DNA of 64,000 bases from Takakia lepidozioides. Its lineage: Eukaryota; Plantae; Bryophyta. Positions 26,960-36,949 of the stretch are shown piece by piece; within the stretch, counting starts at the first letter, position 1, and each line of letters opens with the position of its first letter. A program made the translations under genes and the position numbers. The notes under the pieces are model-generated. The model was not told where the DNA came from. It did not search any database and saw nothing but the letters and a program-made list of their open reading frames with translations. Where the stretch lies: the NCBI GenBank assembly GCA_030704615.1, contig CM060732.1:48918001-48982000 (forward strand), in the 5' to 3' direction.

Positions 26960-28645
26960 ATGGGTCTCCTGTCGGGCCTAACCTTGTGCGCTTCAAGGAC
27001 GTGCTTTGGAAATGTAAAGGTTTCAAGTCGAAAGCAGCAGAGAAAGAGGCAATTTGACGATGAAGATGATGGAGAGTCGCCAACATGGGTCGTCCCCTTC
27101 TCCAAAAAATTAAAGAGCATGAAGCATCAGGCGGTTGTTGAGGAATATACTACCCCATCGGATCAGTCCCCTTCCCCTACGAAGAGCAAGAAGTAGACGG
27201 GGCGGTGGAGAATCGGACGAGAACGGAGGAGTCCCCTTCCCTTGCAAAGAGTAAGAAGCAAAAGGGGGCGAAAGCAAGGGCAGAGCAGTCTCCAGCAAAA
27301 CCCCTCCACGTGTTGAAGCTCAGTTCTTGTAGGAGTTTCAGAAGGAAACCGGGGGCAACTCTGCAGAAGCTCAGGCAGCTGCTCCGACGATGATCTATAG
27401 CATTCCTGTCCTGGTCGATCTTTCAGTGGATGAAGGTGTTGTTTCTTAACATGGGGAGCTCGACTTCTCCTACCTAGAATAGGACTTTCGTGACAATAGG
27501 GGAGATATGGTACATTCTCCCACATGATCTGCCCGGCTACATTCCCAAGAATACAGGCACGGCTCTGGGTGGTCCATCTGAACAGCCCCTTCCCCCACCC
27601 CCAAAAATGTCGCAAGAGGATTTTCAGAGTGCAGATAATCAAATGTTGGAGGAGACTCACAGCAGCATTGGCAGAGTTCTTAGGACCAAGGTCTTCCCTT
27701 GCACACTGCGAATTCCACTCTGTTGAATGGTCTCCCTCCTGATAGTGAGGCTTGCTCTCGCAAGGGATGTGGATAAGATGAAGTTCGCATTCCAAGAAGG
27801 CTATTGGCTGGGGTCTGCCGCCTTCTATGTTTCCATTGAGAATGAGGAAGGTGGATCGCATGCCCGACAACAGAAGAGTTAGTAGCCTAGGGTCCCCACT
27901 GCCACACTCGCAACACGGAATTCAAAAAAATGCTGAAGGATGATGCGGTGTTCGGTGGCCAGCCAAAATCCCCTCTAACCCCTCTTACTATGAAAGCTGT
28001 GAAAACTGGCTCAGCAAAGAAGACACTCTTCAACCTCCCGGGGGGGCACCCGTGCGAGCTAGTGGAAATGAAGGGCAGGCCAAAGTTGGAGCCAAAAACA
28101 ATGATTCAGTGTGCGAATGAGAGTTTTTTGAGGGCATTGGATGGCCGGCCGGCCGCCAAGTTAGCACACATCAAGCAAATGGAAGGCCGAAAGCCAAAGC
28201 TCTAAGGAAGGCGACTGCAGAAGAGCTTGTAGACACTCCAGGATTTGTAGCCATGATGGATTTCTTTGCAATGACAAGTGAAGGGAAGAATTGCATGAGG
28301 CGTGGAAAACGGACCGACTGGTCATTGATTTGATCATCTTTGGATATTCCAGATGGAGAGCCTCTGGAAGGACTGGATATTGTGCCCTCTTGAGCAAGTA
28401 TTTCTGAGGACTTTTGGAAGAAAGGGTTTGGGCTAGCCCGCATGGTATTAGATGACAAAGGTTGTGTGGTGGTCAAAAACACAGAGGCGGGAATTGCCAA
28501 GTGGACCCATAAGAGTGGCGTCCCAATTCTGAAGAAGATGTGGACCTGCATCAACTCAATGGGCCTTCGCTCCAAGGGAAACCTTCGCTCCAAGGGAAAC
28601 CAGATAATTACCGTACGCCAACAGAAACCGGTTGCATTTGTAACT
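26960..28645 (+). pseudogene. C1 cargo gene remnant: ParB-like N-terminal part and DNA amino-methyltransferase-like part
   Basis: LRIPLC*MVSLLIVRLALARDVDKMKFAFQEGY..FYVSIEN (~27705-27845), DTPGFVAMMDFF, and IDLII.DIPDGEPLEGLDIVP..F..A..VLDDKG (~28325-28465); homologous to the C2 cargo. Confidence 0.65.
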
Positions 28646-28649
28646 GTGG

Positions 28650-30231
28650 ATTGGAATGCGGTGCCAAATTCTGCTTATGAACATATCAGAAAATGAATAT
28701 TGTCTTCAGATTGCCCACACAACGGACAATTGCACTCTCCCCTTTCCTTCCTCTCTGCTTCTTTTGTTGTTCAAAGGGCTTCCTGCCCGAGTTTAAATTT
28801 CAGTCTAGTGCCGAGTGGGTTGACCCTTGAGGTCATCCAAGATGTCCACCCCCATGTCACTGACTGGAAACAAGTTCAGGAAGTTCTCTGCCTAACTTCA
28901 TTTCATCAGACAATCTCATGGCAACAGACATGGCTTCCAGACACTCAAAACAAGCCTCTAAGCGATTTATCACAGGTCATAGACTTGCAGATCCAGGTCC
29001 AGGTCCTTGAGAATCTTTTCTACTCTCTTCTGCCAGGACTAGCCTGTTTGACAGGGCGGTCCTGTTTCAAGAATAGAGTCGATCAACTTAGGATATCTGG
29101 TGTTGGCATATGTTGCAGCTGACCCCACCATCTGACCTTGAATTCATCTCGTCGGGAGCTTGGATGGAATGCCAAACTCACCCCGAACAGCCACATTGCT
29201 GTTTTGGAGCATGCTGACATACACTCCTTAAGCACCCCCTGTGAATGATTCTAGAGACTTAGCCTGGTTGGAGTTATCAACCCATATACAGATCCGTACT
29301 CCAAGGCAGGTCTAATAATGCGACAAAGCATGGTTTTTCTTACCCTCAGAATGACCCCTCTGCAGTGGAAAAATTTAGTGAGCCCCAGAGCTTTGCCCTT
29401 GCCAGTTTGAAACAACTTTTTGTATATGTGCATCTCCCAATACAATTGGAGGAAAACCACTCCCAGGTAAGGGTAGGAAGGGAGAACCGGGATCTCTTGG
29501 CTACCCACTGCCACTTAATCACTTCCTCCCTCTCCTCTGTCGTTGAATGCCACCACTGCACATTTGCTGACATTAGCCTCTAGCCCCCAAAGATCAAGTA
29601 TCTCCTCGCACAATCAATCAACTCCTGGAGATTGGTGTTGAGTCTCCCCTATGCCTGCAAAGTCATCCGCAAACATAAGGGCTAGGTAATGGTGGTATCA
29701 CCCACCCTTAAAACCCCAAATCCTTCACTTTCCACATCCTCGAGGAGTTGATTGATGAAAACATTGAAGAGTAGAGGGAGAGAGTACAAATCCTTGAGCT
29801 ACACCTTGGTCTATGTCAAAGAAGTTGGACTTCTGTCCGTTAATAGTGACACAGGCTTTTGGTGTGAGCATACAAGTTGTGGACAACTCTCCACATCTTT
29901 CCCTTGATCCCACAAGACCATAGGCAGACCATAGGCCATCTCTCCACTGTGTCATAGCCTTTTTGACATCCAGAAAAAACATAAGTGGGTTTCCCTTCTT
30001 TTTCGTTCCCCTGAATAATCGGCTTAGAGTGAGATATGATCCACACAGCCCCTGTTTTGCCGAAAGCCAGCTTGGCCTTCGTAGAAACAACCTCTAGACT
30101 CCAGATCAAACTTGAGACGAGTACTTATAACTCTACAGAATTCTTGCCAACAGCATTGAGAGCGTGATGCCACGTAGTTCCCCGGTTCTTCTCTGTCACC
30201 CTTCTTGTTATGACTTACATGACCCCCTGTC
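28650..30231 (-). mobile_element. LINE ORF2 3' part (RT and C-terminal CCHC), degraded; left boundary approximate
   Basis: KKGDREEPGNY, QAGFRQNRGCVDHI, FLDVKKA, GVAQG.VLSP, MFADDF, YPYLGV, IRPALEYGS, CPLCGQSEDNIHFL. Confidence 0.88.
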
Positions 30232-30599
30232 GCGGGGCTGCTATTTTCATGAGCGGCATGAGCATGAGCGGAAAAAAAAAAGCATGAGCAGACCATTGTG
30301 AGTCCACGGAAATAGGGTTAGGAGGGCACGAAATAGGGTCATGTGAAGTTGGAATGTGGCACCAGTGGACTTGAAATGCAACATTTTATTGCAAATTTTT
30401 GTGGCAAGCCACGTCTATACAATGTGTTCTAACTGTCATAGCCGGAATGGGCACTACTCTCCTACACCCCCACACCTCCGAGGAACTTGCCCCACCTCTT
30501 CCTCATCCCCCTCATCCCCCTCATCCTCCGAGCTCTGTGATGCATCAGTTCCACTATGCCTCTCAAAAATCCCGTCCTCTCCTTGGGGACTGTCCACCT

Positions 30600-33500
30600 C
30601 ACCTCCTGGGAATCTTCTGCGTCTTCTCCCCCACTTTCCTCAGCAGAATCCAACACAAATCTACGAGCCCGACGGGCTCTAATAGCTGCTGCTGTCCTCC
30701 TCCCTCATCTTCATTTTCTTGAGGCTTGCCTCGTCTAAATCTGCTGTACACGACTACGTTCGGAACACCTCCTAATGGACACCGAAGCAAGCCGGGCAGC
30801 ATAAGTAGGAAGGATGTACTCCCTTTCTGGACTAGGCATGAATCCCCCCTGGCAAAAAGGCACGTTCCTCCTGCCCATGAACTCCGGTGTAGACGTCCCT
30901 CCGAGCATTACTTGGCATCCTACAGTAAGAACAAATCCACTTGAAGATGTCAATACCAGCACAACCAGAAAGGGTTTTCAATGAAATAAGAGAGCGGAGG
31001 GAGGTGCCTCACAAAATCTGGAGGCAACTTACAATGCCACCACTCACTCGTAAACCGGGGGCTCCTCGGCCTCGATCCCAACTTCCTCCCCCTGCTCCTT
31101 CTCGGATTTTTCCTCATCCTCCGAGGATGCCTCTTCCTCTTTCGGCAGACGTTCAGCCGCCGCAAGTTCCGAGTTGTGGAGGGCAGTATCTGGCTCGAAG
31201 CGAACACATGCCTGTCGGACAACGTCCCTGCCCACATTGAAGCACCTGAGGAACAAAGCGGGCGGTTAGGTCTACTTAACATACCCACAATATGAAGTGA
31301 ATGGCAGTAGATTGATAACTTACACTTTGGCCCTCTGTTCGCAACCCCTGCGTACTGATGCCGAACCATTTTCTGAGGAGGACCGGGAGTGACACTTTTC
31401 GGTGTCCACCTTCTTGCCACCCGCATTCTCTGTGGTCTTCCCTCTCGTGGCAAGGACAACACCACACATCCACACCGTCATCCAGAAGCTCCCCCATACC
31501 CTCCCGCCATCCCACAACCCCCCTAGCTTTCCAGTAGTCCTCACTTAACCTGTTCCAGGTGGGCACACCATCCAGGCCCTCCAGCAGCTCCCCATCTGGA
31601 ATGTTGAGGAGAATCATGTCGTCAAGCCTCTATCACCCTCAACCCCCCCCCCGAGTGCTCTTGCAATTCGTGCTCCACAAGCCGTGAAGAATTCCATCAT
31701 GGCTTCAAAACCAGGGGTGTCTTTAGGCTCTGTAAACCGCGGCACCCTCTTCTTGGCTTCCCCTTCTCTCTGCTCCGCCAGAGATTGTTTTGTGCCACCT
31801 TCTTCGCCCTGGCAGCGAGAGCCTTCAAGGAAGCTCTCATTGACGCATTGGATGATTGTTGGAGGTTCTAGCTAAGTTTTGGCCTGTGCGTAAAGGTCAC
31901 CGCCGAATACCGTCGTGTAGGCTCTCCCCTTCAATAATGCCAACTTCTTGGCAGGCGCCAGTCCCACTCCGAACTGACTTGGGAACCCCGACGACCGGTG
32001 ACTGGGTAGGAGCAACAGCAGTCGCAGGAACCTTGAACAAAATCTCAGCGGTCTGAGTCACTACTCGTTGGGTCCCCTCCTGTCCCCTCCTCCTCCTTCC
32101 CTCCGATGCCCCGATGGTTTTCTTTCTTCTTTTTTGGGTGTTACTTAACTACTTGCAGCTGCTAACACTGTCACCTGGTTCCGTTGTCCTTTTTCCTTTG
32201 ACCTTTACCTCTACTCATGCAATTTCTCCTGAATTCCTCTTCCTGAAGCAGCTCTGCCGCTTTCCTGGAGTTCGCACAGCGCTTTTGCCCTCTTTTGCCA
32301 CCCAACTGAGGCAGCGGAGCCCGTTTCGTTTCGTCGGAATTCAGCAATCCAGCTTCATTGAAAACTCGGTGGGGTTGAGCGCGCCGGCGGAAGGTCCACA
32401 GGTACCAAGTGCAATCACGCAAATGTTCCAGATGCCACTCCCTCTCACAATATCGTCAGTTACATGAGTCAGCCCGCGGGGTTTCCTCCATGCCAGGAAG
32501 AATGTGGCTCGAAAGACAGATACCTTTCGCTCAAAAGGGGAACTTACAAGTACCACCTGCATTCATGAAAAACACAATGAGGTCCGAAAAGGCTAGTCCC
32601 TGAACGGCAATAGGGCCTACAACTGGAATATGGCGCCGGATTTCCACTTCAGGGCCACCGTCTAGTGACTTATCTTAGCCCGAAAATGTCTAAGTCCCTG
32701 AACGGCAATAACGGCCTGGAACTGGAAAACGCGCCGAATTTCCAGTTCCGCTCAAGCCCACCCGAGGGACTTAGCCGAAAATGGCTAGTCCTGGACGGCA
32801 ATAGGGCTTAGAACTGGAAAAACGGCGCCGAATTTCAGTTCCGGGGCCAGCCACCCCTAGGGACTTAGCCCGAAAAATGGCTAAGTCCCTGGACGGCAAT
32901 AGGCCTAGAACTGGAAAACGGCGCCGAATTTCCATTTCCGGGCCAGCCACCCTAGGGACTTAGACCGAAAATGGCTAATCCCTGGACGGCAATAGGGCCT
33001 GGAACGGAATATGGCGCCGAATTTCCACTTCGCGGCCGCCAGTCTAGGGACTTAGCCCGAAAATTGCTAAGCCCTAGACGCCAATAGGGCCTAGAACTGG
33101 AAACGACGCCGAATTTCCATTTGCGGGCCAGCCACACTAGGGACTTAGGCCGAAAATGGCTACGAGTCCTTGAACGAATAGGCCTAAAAACTGGAATATG
33201 GCGCCGAATTTCCTCTCTTCATCAGGGCAGCCAGTCTAGGGACTTAGGCCGAAAATGGCTAAGTTCCCTGAACGGCAATAGGGCCTGGAACTTGGAAAAT
33301 GGCGCCGAATTCCATTCCCGGGCCAGCCGTCTCGGGACTTAGCCATTTTCGCTGAAGCCCTGACTGGAAATTCGGCGCCATTTCCCTAACACCCACTTGA
33401 GGCCTCTAACAATATCCTGAAATGCCAGGACTGAAAGAAAGGCAGCGCGTATGTACCTGTACAGAAGGCGCATTGCTGCTTTGTCCGCGTGTCGTCTGGT

Positions 33501-35800
33501 CGGTGAACTCGTGGCTCCGGCGAGCATCTGCTATCTATCCTCCCCCGAAAAGAATAGGTTGGTTTTGTAGAGCAGAAAGTACCCCCGTCGTCCACATAGT
33601 CACGTAGGCTCTCTGCTGCAAAGGAGATATCTCCACTTGAACTGATGTTGCTTGTGTGTCCTAGCTGCTCTTGCGCATCTTCGTCGTCACCTGTGGAGAT
33701 TGTCCATCAGATCGCTTTCCCTCAAAAAATACAATGAATCCACCCCCTACTAGAGTAGAAGCCCCAAACGAAGCGTGGGGAAGTACCTGAAACCACCATG
33801 TCATGCGGTTCATCCACATGTCGAATGTGGGGTCAGAGAGTTGTCCGGTTTGGGGAGCTCCACATGTCCCTGTACTTTGGGAACCATTCCAGATTTGGAG
33901 CCACCGGGTCTGTCCAAACCACCCCAGCATATTCGTAAGCGCCAAACACCACAAAATGAGTTGTTGCCAAACCACAATTTTGTTAAGAATGTATCACCTT
34001 TTCTGTTGCATCCACACAGGATGTGGCTAGACGATGGAGCTTCCTCCAATGTCATCGTGGGCTTCAGAGCGCGAGAGTAGTGCTTCCCCACCTCCACCAT
34101 AAAGTCGGCACCAAGGGCGGGATCAGCTATGGCCACGTACTTTACCATCCGCGACTTGTACTTTATGCGGGCCCTCACCTCCGCACAGCTTTGACATACG
34201 ATTCGAGTTCCGGGAGGGTTGGATTCTTCTCCTCTGACTCCAATGTAGAACCTCCGCCGCATGTGCCAAATCCTGCTGTATTTTCGTCTGTCAAGAATGC
34301 GCACATAGATTAGAGATCCTGCTCAACACAATTTTCTTTCTATTGTGGGAGGAGAGACAGATTAGCCTCAACAAAACTGTGAGGAGCTTACACCCGAATA
34401 TGTAGTCCACCATGGCGTCGACGCTCAGCCTATACCAGGTTCTGTCTGCCTTTGCCTCCGACTTGCGCAGGAGGTCGGCACTGAGGGAATTGGCAAACTC
34501 TGCGCACCCCCTGCTTCTCCGACATCCTTCACTCGGAAGAGCATATGGGAACAAGTTGGGTGGCAATGAAGGCATTCTCATTCACCCCTGCCCTCCTGCA
34601 GTGCCACATTTCCATCAAACAATACTGAAATAATAGGAAATTTTTATCATATATGAGGATTCGCAATGAAATGACTTCCAAATTCAAAGTCCAAAAGCGA
34701 GAGGGGTTGTAGCTTACGAGTTGATGTCGGCCATTGCAGCTTTAGGAAGACTGCGATCTTTGGCCCCGCCACCTTCAGCACAACACAATCCCCGGCGAAA
34801 TGCCAATCGAGAATCGTTGGGGTGGGCTTGGGCAATGTGCTCCATCCATGCCAAGAGGCATGATTGCCGTCCCACACGTAGAACATCTTACCACCGACAT
34901 GTGCTGGAAAAGAGGATCACTAGCAAAGCGATATCTTCGAACTCCTCATTTCGCGTTTGCCAATGGGGACCCCATTTGTCCACCTCATCGGAAGTGTGGG
35001 CACGGGAAGCTCCGTGTCGTTCTCAATGGAAACGTAAAAGGCGGCAGACCCCATTCGAATATCCATCCCGGAAAGAGAATTTCAGCTTGTCGATATCGCC
35101 TGGGGGCAGGTCTCACCACCACCTGCAATGACACAAAGCGGCAAAGGGGAATTCGAAGCTGGCCGGGTACACCATGCCCCCCAGCACCCCCAATGTTGCT
35201 GTGGGTTGCCTCCAGCATCTTGGGCAGCGGCCAACTTCAATATCCGCCTCAGACATGACGTCTGCTGCAGAGGGGTTTTCCGGCAGCCCACCAGGACCGC
35301 CAAATCCAGCCTGTATGCTCCGGGTTTGGGGCCTGGGGATGTCCGGGAGGATGTCATCCTGGTCAAAACCTCCATGTCGTCCTCCTCAACACTGGTCAAC
35401 CACCCTGCGAAACCACCTCCAGCACTCTCGTCGTCTCTACTTCCTACTACTTCCCCCTGCCTCTCAAAGCTTCACCTCGAACTTGCACAATCCTGCTCTT
35501 TCAGTGTTCTTTCTTCTTCCTGTCCTTCCCCTCTCCTCCACTCTTATGGGTAATTGCGGGGGCTGCTCTTGCCCGCGATGGTCTAACCGGTGTGCTATTG
35601 CCTCTCTGTGGTGTCTTGTAGGGATCCACCGTCTCTGTGGGTCCCTCGCTTACATTGGCATCTGTTATTTGGGCACCCCTGCCTCTTCAGCTGCCTTTTG
35701 TCTTCCTCCCTGGCTAGCATTCTGTCTCGTCTGTTTCTTTTGCCCTCTCTTTTGCCCTCTCACGGCTTTCTCTGTTTCTTACTAGGGCTAGCACAAGGGG
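30600..35800 (-). pseudogene. C2 cargo gene(s): ParB/Srx-like domain, Cys-rich domain, beta-class N4C/N6A methyltransferase-like domain; multi-exon, frameshifted, boundaries approximate
   Basis: LRIPLCRFVSLQVVRP..DIDKLKFSFRDGY..FYVSIEN..MFYVWDGNH(R)LLAW (~34725-35160); DMILLNIPDG (~31590-31620); VDLTA..SGASMWAGTLSDRHVFA(FEPD) (~31185-31280). Confidence 0.62.
32580..33390. repeat. C2 internal tandem array (~90-95 bp unit, about 8 copies)
   Basis: Unit contains the GGGACTTAGCC..GGCTAAGTCCC hairpin and GGAAAA(T/C)GGCGCCGAATTTCC. Confidence 0.9.
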
Positions 35801-36949
35801 AGCCCTCCAGGACGACCACCTTTGATTGAGGCGAACTGACACCCTCCCGCGCACTGCCTCACTCCCCTCCTCCCCCCTCCCGGACTGACTTCTCTCTGGC
35901 CGGGGATTGCATGTGCTTAGCTTTCTTCTTGTTTTCTTTGTCGTGGGGCGGGCCCTACTGCATGTGCATGAACAACCTCCATTGCCGGATCTGCTGTCCT
36001 CATGTCCTCACGCCCTTCACCTACCTGCCATCCGCCTGCACCAACCTCCCCAATGCCTACTCTGTCGTAAATCTCGTTGCAAGTCCTCCCCTCCACCAAC
36101 AAAAGGTTTAAGTTTGCCCTCTCGCCCCAAGTTGGGCGATTCAAACATGTGATGAGTTGGAGCTGTCGATGATACCACCAGCGTGCCGGGCTCGTCGTCA
36201 CTCTGTCATTGACAAAAATCGTGAAAACCAACATCGGTGCAAAAAGCAGCATCGCAACGAGCAGCGCAACCACCATAGCAACAATCGTGTAGCAAAAATG
36301 AAAACATAACAAGTTTAGGAAGTATGGAGAGCCATGCAACAACAATGACAACAAATGACAACCATTGCCTGAGAATGACATGCACAAGAGCCTTCTCCAG
36401 AGCTGCCGGATTTGCACACGCATTGCAAAACAATCTAGGTCACTCACCTATCTAAAGTTCACTCATGACAGCGAAACCAGGATGAAGATGCAAAAACAAA
36501 GGAGGCAACAAAGCGAAAAGCAAAAAACTAAATCGAACAAACAAAAGCAGAAGTGGCTTGCCCTGAGAGTACTCGGCTTCAGTTGGCGCAGGTTGTGAGC
36601 AAGACACTGGAATATCCTGCTGGAGCTTCAGTTTGGCCATGCGAGAGATGGCCGTCGTCCGTAGTACAGAGCTTGCAACTTCCGCCGCGGTCTGGATGTG
36701 AGGTCTCTCTCAGGAGAGCCACGCCTTCAGGCGGCATAAGTCCCAGCCAAAAAGATCTCCTTTTTGGGGTACATGCCTGGAATACCATGTTAAGCCAAGT
36801 TTAAGCATGAGATTTAGGGTACGTGTCCAGAAGCCATGCGTCGCCAGCCCGAATAATAACCGACGGCCGTCGACATTTATTGCCCAACTGCGCAATTAAA
36901 TGTCGGATGAAGCCCTCCATGTCGGATGAAAATCGACGTAAACAGTCCC

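Larger units (their letters stand above)
21836..28645 (-). mobile_element. Large TIR DNA transposon, subfamily C1 copy b (internally deleted; cargo side interrupted by a LINE, right boundary approximate)
   Basis: Begins GGAGGTTTACTATTTCATGAGC (reverse complement of the 8463 end); contains SWIM fragment, palindrome array and cargo gene remnants. Confidence 0.85.
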
